Assembly (NCBI GenBank): GCA_903813345.2
Contig: CAIIXF020000001.1
Coordinates: 23,126,001-23,190,000 of the forward strand
Length of the DNA stretch: 64,000 bases
Source: Owenia fusiformis
Lineage: Eukaryota
Reading direction: 5' to 3'
The notes under the pieces are model-generated. The model was not told where the DNA came from, did no database searches, and saw only the letters and a list, made by a program, of their open reading frames with translations. Below, one piece after another: positions 1-14,549 of this stretch; position 1 is the stretch's first letter; each line of letters opens with the position of its first letter. A program made the translations under genes and the position numbers.

Positions 1-414
1 ATTGTTACAGACGCCGGACGCCGGACGCCAGACGCCGGACGGCCGGACGCCAGACGCCGGACGCCAACCACCAACCGCCGTCGCAAAAAAACGGAGACCA
101 TAACAATATGTCACCACTTTTTGGTGGTGACATAAAAATTAACTTAAAGTATACAGTATATGTTCAAATTAAATTAACATTGTTACTTTTAAATTTTGAA
201 TTATGTATATTCTATTGTAACCCCAGCTGCCAAACTAGGAAATTAATCTGAACATAAGCCTTAGAATATTAACACAAAAAGGTAATTAGTTACTAGCACC
301 CATCACCACATACAAATCCATAATGGCATAGTGAAATGAAAGCTTTAGCTTCTCCCCCGTGGCTTCTCCAGAAGAAGAGATTACAGTAATATATTATGAA
401 ACGACACCAAGTAC

Positions 415-554
415 CTTGTTCCCTTGTCCAACATAAACAAAGCTTTATCCCAAATATTAGTAGTCCAGACGGACATATCAAACACACCACCAAGGAAGAA
501 GTCATTTAACTTGTCCACCAGGAAAGGACTCTTTGATGCATACTTTGGAAGAAG
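415..554 (-). CDS. GPLD1: GPLD1 coding exon 8
   Basis: LLPKYASKSPFLVDKLNDFFLGGVFDMSVWTTNIWDKALFMLDKGT; tttcag acceptor, gtact donor. Confidence 0.92.
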
Positions 555-997
555 CTGAAATATGGAAAATGCTATAGAAGATCTGGATTCCAGGTGTATT
601 GGATCATTCTTAGATTATAACTGAAAACATTTTATTCTAAAATCGGTGCATGTTTTTACCTTCAATTCACATTGATTGCATATCACATTATTGTTTTGTA
701 TTCATTAACATTAGTGAGGATAAATGTCACTGTATAAGGATTCCATTTGCATTTGGTTGGTTCACCATTTTTTTCTCTTGTCTTTCTAAAATTATGAAAT
801 ATTTCTGAAAGGGGCATGGCACATTTGGTAGTATTCATGAATTTAAATATGTTACCGTTATGTATGCGATAGTTATACAGATTAAAATATGTCCAGTAAA
901 AGAAAATATTATCTGCCCAACAAAAGAAAAGATATTTCACTTTTTGTAGTTTTACAACATGGGGTCTATGGGGAACCTCCCCGACCTAGAACTCACT

Positions 998-1158
998 TTT
1001 CAAAGAAAAATAAATTTTCAAAGTTGATAAACTCTTTTCAAAACCACACTTTTAGATGTAATTTTATATGTAGATTTCAAATATGACACCAGTTTGACTG
1101 AATTGTGAATTTTTAATGACGTAAATCAAGATTATTTCTACTCGCATCTAGGATATTC
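998..1158 (+). repeat. Dispersed direct repeat of about 160 bp; second copy at about 3550-3710
   Basis: Nearly identical TTTCAAAGAAAAATAAATTTTCAAAG...CTCGCATCTAG segments. Confidence 0.8.
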
Positions 1159-1716
1159 AGCTAGCAGGCTGCTCCATGGAGTAAGGTTTTACTGTGAAAA
1201 AAGACAAGTCAGATTTCATCCAGATAAAAAGTTATGCAACATTATGTGGGTTGGTGTCATTTTGTCTGTGTCACACTGTATATACTATGTCATTAAATGT
1301 AAAAAGGTTTTATCTCCAATTTGAATCATGACATTGAATGCTAAAAGGTTATATCTCAAGAGATAGAACCATATAGCAGTAATCATGTTTTTCAAATTAA
1401 GGACATAGAACCTTATTGCATTAGAAATCTCCTATTTCTAATTGAGATACAGCTTTATAACCTTAATTTTTGAAAAGAGCATGGTGAATTTAGGGGGAAT
1501 CCACTTTCACATGCATTTGACCCATATTGGTTGTTAGAACCTTATAATAGTGAAGGGACAATATGTAAGACCAATGCATTACCTCCAGGAAAAGCACTCC
1601 TAGAGATGATAAAATAATTTTGACTTTGAGATGGGGGTAAGATGCAAAGAACCCATCCACATGTTTTTTCTGAAATGTTTTCCTGATTTTCAACCCCTTC
1701 CATACTCTTTTAATTT

Positions 1717-1961
1717 TTCTTGCATCAATATGTTGCGTTTTGATACACAGTTAACCCCTTTAAAGGAATAAGTGATTCCTTTGTTTTTTTTAAGATATCC
1801 ATTATGGGTGACCCAAATTAGCTGAAAGCAATGGATTGCACGAGTTTTCCCTATGGGAAAATAACATGGGAAATATTGTTTTCCACTTTATCTAAAAGGA
1901 ATCACTTATTGCTTTAAAGGGGTTAACTGTGTGTCAAAAAACAACGTATTGATGCAAGAAC
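1717..1961. repeat. Inverted repeat, about 65-bp arms
   Basis: TTCTTGCATCAATA..ACACAGTTAACCCCTTTAAAGGAATAAGTGATTCCTTT mirrored at about 1895-1960. Confidence 0.7.
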
Positions 1962-4567
1962 AACAGCGGGAAATATTTTCTTGACAATATTCAGAAAAAA
2001 TGTGTATTTGCGTGACATATTCTAACGCAAAAAATGGGCGTGACGAATTTAATTAATTTCCTCAGCAAATGCATGACAAATTCAACACCCACAGCAAAAT
2101 TAACTCATTTATAAAAACCATGCAAAGTTCATTCAAATCCATGCAAAGTCTATGCATCATCCATTCAAATCCATGCAAAGCACGTAATCCACATGCAAAG
2201 TCCATGCAGGGTGTGAAAAATATTCCATGCGATGTTCATGCAGATGCATGCAAAATCAGGGGTTTATATGAAAACCATGCAATCCACATGCAAAGTTTAT
2301 GCTGGCTGCGAGAAATATTGTTAATGAGGTCCATGCAATGTCTATGCAAAATTGAAGAAAGTAGATTTTTGAGAAAATGATTCAACGTAACCTCAAATTA
2401 AAGATATGTGTAAGTACTAAACCAATGCCATACCACAAGTGTGAGGTCATATATTTTTCAAGACCATTGTCATACCAGAAAGCTGAAAATCCAAAAATTG
2501 TTACATCACAAAAGTCATAATTTTGGGGGCATTCTCATACAGGATCCTAAAATGTGAGTCCATAGCCATACCAAATGTCAAAAAATACCCCATGTGCGCC
2601 AAGGATCCCCGTCAAGGTTTATTTACAGTGAACCCCCGGGCCCGGGAGTACCTGCCACTATTCCATTCATATTTAAATGAGTTGGTCATAAAATAGTAGG
2701 TTAATCTGGTAGCCGCTAGCTGTTAGTTGCATTCGTGAAGGCAAGTTTATATTTTACTCTTACTTCAAAAGGTGGTATTATTAATCTATTGTCACCTGTT
2801 TTAACTGAACCTAAACTTATATACAAGTATTTCATAACTTCAAAATATTTTCAAAATAATAACCTTTAACATGTAATAGCAGATAGACTTGAAATTACAC
2901 AATCATACAGTATTAAATCAACTTTGTTTATAATATCTTATATTTTGCTTTATTCAACTAAAATTGTTCAACTTAAAGTAATCATATCAAAAATGTCATA
3001 AAAACAAGACATGGATGTCAATGATGCAATTCTTATATAATCTGGAACAATATCCAATCATCACATCTGTTTGTGACTTTGTTTCACTTAAGTCTGAAAT
3101 TGTTTGCAATGACCTAAATGTCTTGCTAATTCTGCTGTGAGATTGTCTTTTAATGAGTATACCGTTTCTACATTTCTCATTTATTAAATTATAATGTAAT
3201 CCATTTTATTATGACACTAATCCATTTTTATTTAAGATTTAAATTCTAAAAATACACTTCATTATGAAATAATATTAATTCTAAAAGATACATTGTTGCT
3301 TCATTGTAAATCAGTAACTTTTCAGAAAAAAACTATTATCAAGAATGGAATTACATGGCCAAATACTATGTTCTAATATTCTGATGAAATGATTTTTACT
3401 CCTAGTCATCCCCTCCCTGTTTTAGATTTGAATGGGACTACTACACTACATAGGTCTACATGACCACAGTAAATGATTAAATCCATTCTGATACTCATCA
3501 CATTCTGCCTTCAATGAGAAATACGAAGGCCATGATTTCTCATGATGGGTTTTCAAAGAAAAATAAATTTTCAAAGTTGATAAACTCTTTTCAAAACCAC
3601 ACTTTTAGATGTAATTTTATATGTAGATTTCAAATATGACACCAGTTTGACTGAATTGTGAATTTTTAAAGACGTAAATCAAGATTATTTCTACTCGCAT
3701 CTAGAATATTGACTTTATGATTCTCTGATCTTCGAATGACAATGCCACCATATAGCATATACTGGTAGGATTCATGCATTCAGTTTCTAGTGCCTTCATT
3801 CCTGCGACATACAAGTAGAACAATGGACCTGGCAAATGCCATATCCCACAAACTCTCTTCCCCCATTTGTAAAATCTTTATTAGCTAAGTTAGGATGTTC
3901 AAACTTTTCCCAAATACTGTATAACATGTATCAAATCCGGATGCTTTATTTTCCGAATTGGATTAAAATTGTTATTGCCGAATAAAAGTTTGCCGACCTG
4001 ACACCCCTAAATGTAAACACCCCTAATATAATTTTTATTTACAAATGAATTTTAATCACCTTCATTTGACTGACTCAGAAAACCTGACATCCTGACATTA
4101 TGAGTGACAATTTGAGTGATTTATTCACATAATACCCGCATTCGATAGACTCAGAAAATTAATACCAGGGTTAAAAACTTTTAATATTGGGATTAAAAAC
4201 TTTTAACACTGGGATTTCCAAAGCACTTGCATACAATAAGATCTTCTGACATTTTAACTCTTTAACATGACAATCCTTTTAATATTTTATAGATTTAACT
4301 GCATGCATTTTAACTGCAACATTTTTATTATTAAATTTTTATTGTAACTTTATGCTGGGGAATAAAGCTTCGATTTTATCGTTGATACTCGTTCGAAAAT
4401 TACCCTATTACAGTAAGTTGACGCACGTTAGACAACTACCATATTATCGCCCACTAAGATCGATCTTCAATTACTAATTATATTTCCGAATTTTATGTTG
4501 CCGTTTCTGTTTTACATTCGGCAATCGGCAACTTTATATCCACAGCAATATTTCATGTTATACAGTA

Positions 4568-5488
4568 CAGTAAAACCTGTGTTAGTGAACACATCTCTCT
4601 AGTGAACACCTTTCAACAGTGAACATTTTTTTTTCGGCAAAACCTTTTTCCCCCATTGACTCCCATGTTAAAGTACAATCCTATAGTGAACACCTACCTA
4701 CTGTGAACAGTGAACATTAAATCTTGGCAAATTTGATTGAATTATCCTGTCTCTAGTGAACATTGAATCTGTTACATAAGATTTCTTGCGGATTTTCTGC
4801 AACTGCCTTATCAGAGTTAAGCAGTTAATGTTTATATTACCTGTGAAAAATAATTATTAAAAGGTCAATTTGAGATTTTGATCTCTTGTATTGAAACAGG
4901 TGTGACTAATTATAATTCTTAGTAAGCTTTGTTTTTGTAAGGCAGGATATGTGTTTAGCAGTGTCTAGAAGCATTGATTGCTTTAATTAGAGATAATCTG
5001 GTTAACTATTATTATCTCTATCTGCTAAGTCCCAACTAAATCTTTTTCTCATCTCCATCATTTTAAAAACCAGATAAGGTTAAAATTATAAGATCATTCT
5101 TAACTGACTCCATTTTGTAGTTTAATTAATTCAATCAAGTCTTTCAACTGACTCAAATGTGTTAAGAATTCCACTATTTAAAGAATTATGAAAAGATTAA
5201 AATTTGACAATAAAAGGATGAACCATTCAGGCAGTCTAGAATAAGTAAGTTTGTATAACACAACAAAAAAAACAAAAATTTGTTGCAAGTGTCATGGGTT
5301 ATCATAGGTATAAAATACAAATTAAATCAGTTATTCCCTCCTCTATTATTTAGGCTCGTTTAATAACTGGTCTCTTAAATATAATATGGCAAAATGCCGC
5401 GAAATCAAATCCTTGCTGTAGTGAACACCTACCAATAGTGAACATTTTTCTTCGGCAAAAAAATGTTCACTATACACAGGTTTTACTG
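4568..5488. mobile_element. Tc1/mariner (pogo/Tigger-like) MITE
   Basis: TIRs CAGTAAAACCTGTGT..AGTGAACA, TA on both flanks, internal repeats of AGTGAACA. Confidence 0.85.
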
Positions 5489-6801
5489 TATACTTCATTC
5501 AATCATCTACTATATGGTGTAATAACTTTAACAACTATGATGATGTAAGATTGTGTAATTTTATTCTAAAGACAACACATATGGAAGAATTAGTGATTCT
5601 CAGTTTATATCATAAGGTTTTGTCTCTTGGAGCTGATGATTGCATCATAATAAGTTAATTACCCTACATACAATTCTGCTGATTTTTCAATAACATTTTC
5701 TATATCTCTAGCTGCAGCTACTAAGAATTTGAAGATCCTACCTGATGCCTTTAAAAAGTTTTAGAGAAAAAACTTAACTGTGGGGGCCTTTTGTACACCC
5801 TCCCCCTCATATGGTTGTAAATTGATTAGATATGTGAAATCAATTGAAATGAGAAATTGAAATAAGTATTAACCTGACTCAGCAATTAAATATGGCAGTA
5901 TTAATTTTTATAAGGATCAAGATTCAGTTCAAAGTTAATCTTGTAAATGCGACATGAAATCCCTAAAACCATGTAAAAGCAAGACATCTTAAAACTAGAT
6001 TCTTAAAATCCCTACTTATGGAACATTGTAAATCCTGCTGACCTTGCAGAAAAAATTGCTCAAGGTCACATAACTGCATATTTGTCAATTCTTCATCAGA
6101 ACACATCAGACAAACATATTATGCAATAAAACATAGTATATACTCCAAAACAACCCCTCTCTAGACTAAAAACAGCCTCAAATGAAGGATATGTGTAAAT
6201 ACTAGACCAATGCCATACCACAAGTGTGAGGTAACATATTTTCCACGACCATTCCCATACTAGAAAGTGGAAAAATCCTACCATTGCCATTCCTCAAAAG
6301 TCATAATGTTGGGGCATCCTCATCAGATCCTAAAATTTGGGTCCACTGCCATACCAAATGTCAAACAAGTACAAGGCATTAACAAAATGTCACCACCTAG
6401 TTCAAAACAATATAATGAGTTCAATCTTTTCAGATTTGAATTTCTGAGAACTTGTAGATGATAAAGCAAAAAATCAATTGGTCAATTTTGAAGCAAGTTG
6501 AAAAAAGACCTTTTTTGAACATAAGAAGGTCATTGAAGGTGAAATCTTAAATTTATAGTCAGATTTGAACTTCTGAGAACTTGGAGATGATTTTGGTAAA
6601 AAATTGGTCAATTTGAAGCAAGATGAAAAATACCTTTTTGATCTTTTTTGACCTTGAAAAGGTCATTGAATTTTAAAATTATAGTCAGATTTGAACTTTT
6701 AAGTCTTGTATATGGGCTCTAAACAGTATTTGTTAAGTTGTTGGAAGTTGGAAGAATTTGTTACATAATTTATAATAGTTCATTTATTTGATTGATCTTA
6801 C

Positions 6802-6829
6802 CTTTGCAATTGCAAGCTGCTCACCAAGC
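6802..6829 (-). CDS. GPLD1: GPLD1 coding exon 7 (28-nt microexon)
   Basis: (R)LGEQLAIAK, matching the YGEMLAVSK segment of mammalian GPLD1; tacag acceptor, gtaag donor; phases bridge exons 6 and 8 exactly. Confidence 0.88.
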
Positions 6830-7639
6830 CTGTAATGAAAATAGTTGAACAAATGTACATGTACAGATAAACATATAAATCAATATACTTTTAAAATGAA
6901 TCTGATGACAGAGGACAATGCAATCACATCATCAGAGGTGAGGCAAATTTTAGCTGGAAGGCGAGGCAAAGCCAAAGAGGTAATCATATGGGATGAAATT
7001 CTCACATTTTCTAAAAATGTTTTCCATAAAATAGCCAAGATAATGTTTGGATGTGGGCATAATTCAGTTTATTAAAATAAACAAGCAATTACGAGCCTCG
7101 TTATGGGCCCCATACGGACAAGTACAGTGCTTGAAAATTACAAGCCATTACGGGCCTTGTTATGGGCATCGCACAGGCATTAAAGTACAAGGCTTGAAAA
7201 TTATGAGCTATTATGGGCCTCATAACAGGCACTGTACGAGCAAGTTCGGGGTTCGAAAATTATGATTTATTACAGGGCTCGTTATGGGAACCGTACAGTC
7301 AAGTAAATTACGGACTATTACAGGCCGTGTAATTACAAGCTCTCAGGAGGCTCAAAAATTACAAGCAATTACGAGACTCTTAACGAGGCCCATACGATGT
7401 TGTACAGGGCCCGTTGACTCAACGAGCTCCATAAGGGCTTGTACGGGGTCCAATGTAATTTGCCTGTGTACTTTGTACATTTTACAACCCATCTGCTCAA
7501 AGAGTCAGCAAAACCTATGCAAGAATAACTAACTCATCTCAAACAATGGAGGCTGATCCCCATGATTCCACACATGAAGTATTGGCATTGAATAACATGT
7601 GTTTAGTAAGCTTCGCATGATAATAAAATCCCAGTATAC

Positions 7640-7747
7640 CTGCCAAGGAACAGAAACATTGTACACTCTTCAATGACAGATTCAGGCATCCTATCAGCCC
7701 CATAGAGCTCTCTGTATATGTTTACAAGATCATCCACTGGTACATAC
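7640..7747 (-). CDS. GPLD1: GPLD1 coding exon 6
   Basis: (W)YVPVDDLVNIYRELYGADRMPESVIEECTMFLFLG(R); tgtag acceptor, gtata donor. Confidence 0.93.
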
Positions 7748-8601
7748 CTACAACAGGCATACACATGTAATATAACTTATTGAATGATTTGAAGTGCAAT
7801 ACAGGATATATTCTGCTCAAGAAATTCTGTATTGGAAAGAGACGAAGTCGAGTGCCAATACAGAACATCGAGACAGAATATATCCTGTATTGCACTTCAA
7901 TTCATTCAATAACATTTTTATCATGTGATCCTCTGTATTGCTACTGGGATTGTCCCCTCCGTACCAATATTTTCTGTATTGCGACGGAGATGATCAACGG
8001 GGACAATCTCAGTAGCAATACAGATTGGTACAGCACAAGAACTGACCAATCAGAGGGCTTCATTTTACAGATCATAGGATAATTATATTTACAGTAAAGT
8101 ATATCAGTCAATATTTCAATGTTGTCCAAAAAAAGTCTGAAACTGTAATGAGCATTCACAGATTCTTTTATTGAATTAAAGGACCTTATACACCCGCCAT
8201 TGGGATCTCCCCATGGGAAAAAAATAATTCATCTGATTTTTCAAAATGAGTATTCTGCTTCAATTATTACATTTATATGCACACTAGTATCTTGTTGACC
8301 TATATTCAGCACTGTATTGATGTATAGGCCACTTATTAGGGTCATAATTCAATCACGAAGTGTAGAGGCATAGATTCCAAACCAGGAAGTATTTTTGTGT
8401 CTGTCAAAATCCATTTACATCCTACGCATCCCTGCATCTTATCCAAATATGTTACTACATAATGAAATATAATAGTATAATCTTTTGTTTTACAAACTTG
8501 TATGATATTTGATAAGTGTAAAAGTTGTTTTTTGAGCATTTTTCTATAGCCATTTTGTAGGGGAAAAAATGATGAAAAATGTACAATCTTTTAATTTTAA
8601 G

Positions 8602-8704
8602 TATGACCTGAATCGATTGCAAACTTCATATTTGCACATTTGATGAGATAAACCATTTGTGTCGTATTGTGAAATTATTAAGTTTGCAATCGATTCAGGT
8701 CATA
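8602..8704. repeat. Short inverted repeat (possible mini-MITE)
   Basis: Perfect 25-bp IR TATGACCTGAATCGATTGCAAACTT ... AAGTTTGCAATCGATTCAGGTCATA. Confidence 0.7.
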
Positions 8705-9066
8705 GTGTATTTTGGGTATTTCTGTGATAATCAATTGAAACCAATGGCCTCTACTGGGATCTGCTGATATCCTCATGTTAAGTCAATGGTGCACAGCCCC
8801 ATGTAAGTCAATACAACCTTACTGAACGAAATGATCCCTATCTCAGCTTATGTGTGTCCGAGCACTTTAATATTTTCCAAAGTATTATATGACATTTTAT
8901 TCTTCATGTTACACCTACGAATGATTCATTTCGACCATAGGGATATTTGCCAATAATTGCACCTTGTCCTTTACTATCTTTTAAAAATAAATGTAAGTGA
9001 TTCTATTCTTAATCTAACTTGCCCTGTCTGAGCCCAGCCTTAAAAATGTAAAATCACAACACTCAC

Positions 9067-9176
9067 CAATCCGAGAGTTCATGTATATAGTTTGTATTCA
9101 ATTCATACTGGTTCAAGACATCACCACCAGGATCTCCATCAGAGTGAGCATTATCAAATGAGCCATGATAATTTAC
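9067..9176 (-). CDS. GPLD1: GPLD1 coding exon 5
   Basis: VNYHGSFDNAHSDGDPGGDVLNQYELNTNYIHELSD(W); atag acceptor, gtgagt donor. Confidence 0.93.
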
Positions 9177-9796
9177 CTATTAATAAAATTATGATGATCA
9201 TCATGTAGTTAAATGGAGGAACTACATTTTAACCAGGTATTCTTTTATGCATGGTGGGGTGTTTTTATCTTCTTTCATTTTTTGGTTATTTGATCAATAG
9301 TATATTTTAAATTTTAGATAATAATAGATAATTTTAGATAATAATACTCGATGTAGAATTATGTATGTAAACTATTTTTCCATGTTATAATTTTCAAGGG
9401 AATGCCAAAACTGCCCAATGATACACAAAGCCGCTGCTTTCCCTGAAATACCACGTGACAAATTATATATGCATTTTTTTGGATACATAAAACATGATAC
9501 AAGGCATTAAAATTCAAAATGTCACCATCTGCCATTTGTTAAAATTGCTGAACGCCAAAAGCTGACTGCCGATCACCGTCCACAAAAAGTTAGAGACTAA
9601 CAATATGTCACAACTTCTTCATAAAAATTACAAATGACCACAATGAAAAAATACCAAGTTTTAACTAGATGATTGAATGGACAGAAAAATAGACAAGTGG
9701 GCAACTCCATTGGCTCATCATGTAAGCCAAAAAGCAGGAAAATCAAAAATGGGAGAACAGAAAAAACATCAGGGGCAAAGAAGTATTACTACTCAC

Positions 9797-9907
9797 ATCC
9801 CCCATGACAGAGAGGAAGCCATGGTTAATGCCAAGACTGTGCCAAGACACATCAGCCACCTGATGGGAGATCAGCCCAAGTAGGAACACAATCAACTTCT
9901 CTGTGGC
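9797..9907 (-). CDS. GPLD1: GPLD1 coding exon 4
   Basis: ATEKLIVFLLGLISHQVADVSWHSLGINHGFLSVMGD; tacag acceptor, gtgagt donor, phase 0/0. Confidence 0.95.
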
Positions 9908-11104
9908 CTGTAAACACAACACATAAACATTAAATCAATCATATTTAATATTATTAGTACATTATACTTAAACATGGTAAGTTGGGGGTTATTCTTAAAA
10001 GTTTTTATTCATATTTCAATCATAAAGAACAATTAAGATATGATTTGTGTCGTGTTTTTTTTAATACTAAAAATGTTACAAATCATATGTTTTCTGTGAT
10101 TACAATATTGCAAAAAAATTGAATGAATCATCTTAACTCTCCATTTTCAATATGCTGAGAAAAACTATTTTATGAAATCTTAATAATTTTTGAATACATG
10201 TTTCAAGGTCTTGAATTGTATGAGCAAGCCTGTATCCAGGATTTCTCAAGTGGGGTTCTATTTTTAAGGCATTTGCACCCAGGTGGCGCCACCTAGAAGA
10301 TATGCCTGTCTTCATGGTCAGAAAATAGTGTTAATCTGTAATGGTCTGAACTTATTTGCGATAACCTAAGTGGCCTCCTTAACAATGTTGCGAGATTACT
10401 TTAATGTCAAGTTTAAATTGTGATATTAGTATTTCATTTCACTCGGACACTAACTTATAAACCACTTGACTAAATCACTTTTCGTGGTGTATTGGTGGTG
10501 ATCTATTGGTGATGTATTAGTGGTATATTAGATTTCTTTTTTACTTGGGTAATCTTATTACAATTCAATGATACTGGTCATTTTATCACTTCTTTTTTTC
10601 TTTTTTTTAATTCATGTATATATTTCTCATTTTATAAAGGTACCGTCCCAACAGACCTCCTTTTCTGCCCCCATCAGAATCAAACTTATTTTGCATCTAG
10701 AGTATCCTCACAAATGTACTTCACAATAATATTTCAAAATTAGGTCAAATGATGAGCCAATGAGGTCACTGGGTGCAAAAAGGTCAAGTTGGTAAAATCG
10801 ATCTAATGATCAAGTAATTTCCTTAAACATACCTAAATAAATTCAAATCATGAGTTAAACCTGACTTTACATTTATTTCCACGGGGAATAGGTACCTCAA
10901 TAGCCTTTGAGTAGTATTATACACCATACTTAACACAAGGAAATTTTTTTGTCAAAATACACGTACTGGTATACTGTCAAAATATTGTATTGTAATATAT
11001 TTGATATTAATATTCTAAAGCTTTGATACAACATATTAGTATTTATTGAATTTCTATGGGTACCAATAGGTACAGTTGCTGAAAGTTGAATGTACAGTTT
11101 CTAA

Positions 11105-11327
11105 GGGGTGGGGTCAAAATATCGATGTCCATCAAAAAAACGTAATTAATTTATTTAGGTGTAACCCCCCCCCTCCCCCTTGTAACAAAACCAAAAATCT
11201 TGAAAATTGAAATTCCTAGGAAAACGAAAATCGATGTCCGTCAACTAATTAAATCAGTGTTTGACCCCCTTCCCCTTATGAAATTATTTACGTTTTTCGA
11301 TTGACATCGATATTTTGACCCAACCCC
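11105..11327. mobile_element. PIF/Harbinger (Tourist-like) MITE
   Basis: About 48-bp TIRs GGGGT(G/T)GGGTCAAAATATCGATGTC..., TAA on both flanks. Confidence 0.85.
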
Positions 11328-12278
11328 TAACAGATATTTTAGTTATTTTAAAACTATTCCATGTCAGTATCGCTATCCTCGGATAAAGGCAAGTCTTTGG
11401 CATCATGGAGAGAGTCACCTAGGAAATCTTTTGAAAATTGATAGCCTTCATGTCTGGCAACTCCCAAATAGGTGGCATTGTATCCAAAATGGTGGCAGAA
11501 ATGTTTTAGAAAAAATACCAAAGAAGTTCAAAAAACTATATGAGCTATGTTCTCCACCACTTTTTTTGCAACTGAACACAGCTAAAAATAAAAGTGGTGG
11601 AGAACATAGCGCACAGTGAATTTGTCCATTCAATGAACCATGGTTCTATTCAATTGAGAATGGTAAATAATGGGGGTCTGGATTATAATCCCTTTTTATG
11701 CCACATATCATGCATCATCACACATAAATCTGCTGGATACTCTTCAGTAGGGATTAAATTATGCATAACTCACTTAAATAATACTTGAAAATTGTTTTTA
11801 AGGCTTTATTTACTACATTTTCTAAAGAACACTAAATTTCACAAATAATCTGCCATGATGGGAGTGGTTACAGAAATGGCCCAGAAATCATATTTTTTTA
11901 CAAAAATATTCACTATATTTTTCAAGAAAATAAAAATACAAATATCAGTCAAGAATATTCTGAACTTTGTTTTTCAAAAATCTATAATTGCGTTTTCATG
12001 AAATTTTTTAAGTCCTTAAAGGGATCCCAATAAGACTGTACCTTTGTATACATCAGGTTATTTACAATATTACAATATAAGATTAATCAAGTCATCATAT
12101 AAATAAACTCATTTAAATTATATGTCCAATTGTTATGTTATGTTTTTACCATACATTTACTTATAGGCCACTCGGGGTAGGCCACATATGATATGATATT
12201 ACAGCTTTAGTATATAATTACAGGCAATAGTTGGGGGTAGGGTGAGGATACATAATTGTACTTTAATATCACCTGTGT

Positions 12279-12345
12279 TATCAGCAGTGCACTTATATCA
12301 GCAGAGCATTTATTTCAGCAGTGCACTTATATCAGCAGTGCACTA
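12279..12345 (+). repeat. 17-bp tandem repeat, 4 copies
   Basis: TATCAGCAGTGCACTTA. Confidence 0.8.
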
Positions 12346-14449
12346 TATATAAAATGGGATTGCTGAGATCATCTTACTCAAGTCAACCTAGTTTCTAACT
12401 CCACAGAGTAGAAAATCTCAACGAATATTCATGAATTTCTAGGTCACGATGTACCATTTACTCCACCCTTGATTAAATTGGCAGATATTAAAGGACAGAC
12501 ATTAGAGATATATCAGAATCTCTAACAATTTAAGTATTTGTGTCACCATTTAGGAGTCTCAAAATTATACTATTGTTTTACTTGTCTCTACGGTTTGTGC
12601 CTAAGTGAGACGGAGGGCTTCATTATCACAAGTTTTTCTTACAATACATGTAATTATTATTTGTGTGGTGTCAGAGAACTAGTTTCAATTTGATGATTAC
12701 TCGATAAAGTGACATTATTATGACGTCATCTTTCAAGTCATTCTAAAAATGCTTGCAACTTATTTTTTCAAGAGACTGATCATTTGCATCTGCTAATGTC
12801 ACATGTTGAATGAGGCAATTAATCTATTGGAAAAAGGAGCACATGATTACAAGTTGATTTGATATTTATGAGTAGATAATCCATATGTATTCAAAAGTGA
12901 TTCTCAAATCTGTCTGTCAGATAATGAGTCCTGTAAGCAGGCTAGGATACACATGTTGTTCTATATGCATTCTATTTCTAAGCCAATTTTTGAGGATATT
13001 AAAAATGGAGGACAATTCAATTCCGAGTTTTTTGTAACATCGAAAGATTAGAGCTGAGCTACCCATTTTGCTATGTATTTTCAATGGACACAAATTTCTC
13101 TATTCGTATTTTTAAAAATCTCGAGTTAAAATTGTAATATAACTAGACTGGGGAAATTGAACAAGTTCAATTTTAGACTCCATATGACAGATTTGTTTTA
13201 AGTGATAGATAAGATAGATAGATATAGATTAGATTACATTAGATTAGATAAATAGGTAGGGAACATCAATTATCAAATTGATAAATAGATAAATAGATAC
13301 ATTTTTAATATTTTTTCAGTACTCTTGACTTTCTATGAGGATACCAGATCAATTTTTCTCGGATTTTCAAAACGCATTAACTTTCGGACAGGAAGTTGTA
13401 TCGCAGTTTGGTTTGCAGATTCTGATTCCTGAGAAAATTCTACCCTTATTTTATAACTCACATTAGATAGGATAGGACAAGATGGAATAGGATAAGAAGT
13501 ATAGGATATAGGAAGGAACGATAGGATAGAACAGGACAGAAGGATAAAGGATAGAATAGGAAGAAAGGATGAGAATAGTTTGCACAAAGCTATCACCTGA
13601 GAGATAGCTTTGGAAATCTTGATATTCCAAGTAACTTTATTTTGTAAAAATGTAGAAAACTTGGAAACACCCTACTTCAATCAATGCATAACATTCTTAA
13701 GTATCGTTTTTCTAACCATATTGGGCTATCCGGAGTGGAAGAAGAAATATATTGATGAAAATCTGATCGGAGTTGATCATTTTCAAGATGGCTTTTCAGG
13801 AAGTTGAGTGATGCGCATGCACCTCCATGCCATGGGATTCCCGCTTGCCGGTGAGACTTCCTACAGAAATCATGGAAATAATTTTTTCGTCAATTATACT
13901 GTCTCGTGACTCCAGATCGCGAAAAGAGGTCAAAATAAGAAGTTCACAAAATTTAAGGTTCGAGTTATGAAGGAGTGGTATCCATATGGTAAACTTTTTG
14001 AACACACGTTTCTCTTAAACCAGTCATCAAAACATTCTGAAAATTTTACACATCGTCAATTTAATTGTGATCTTTTGGATCAGGGGTGGATCTGGGAACC
14101 AACAAGGGGGGGGTCAAATTTCAGGTCAGAGAAAAAAAACTACCGCGCTTGTGCAGAAATAAAAACCCAAAAGTGGGCCCAAATTTGTTCAAGAGTCCGA
14201 TGCTCTACCATAAGACATAAGGGCCAGCCACTACAGCTGAGGCTGTAGTAGCAACTTGTTATCAAGGGTTATTACATTGTTATAGCAAAGAGAAAATCCT
14301 GAAATGACATGTATGATTATAAACTTCAGTGTAGTGTCATAAAATACATATATATAACAATTTCCATCAATTAATTGAGATTATATGATGAGTGTTCCTC
14401 AACACGCATGCCGTGTGCGTGGCAAACTCAAGGACACTTCCACACTGAA

Positions 14450-14549
14450 CCAATCAGCATCTGGTGATGTGTTCAAAGGTATCCTTTAAATATCTCAACA
14501 TTTCATACAAAACTCAGTTGCACTCTCGGAGAGCTTGAAAAAAGACAAG
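14450..14549 (+). promoter_or_regulatory. Core promoter and short non-coding exon 1 of the nested gene
   Basis: CCAAT at 14450, TTTAAATA at 14485, initiator TCAGTT at 14514-14519 (+1 about 14516), strong donor AAG|GTAAGA at 14549/14550. Confidence 0.55.

Noticed and set aside
293-505. ORF track 70-aa minus-strand ORF
   Set aside because: Wrong frame; the real coding sequence is GPLD1 exon 415-554 in another frame.
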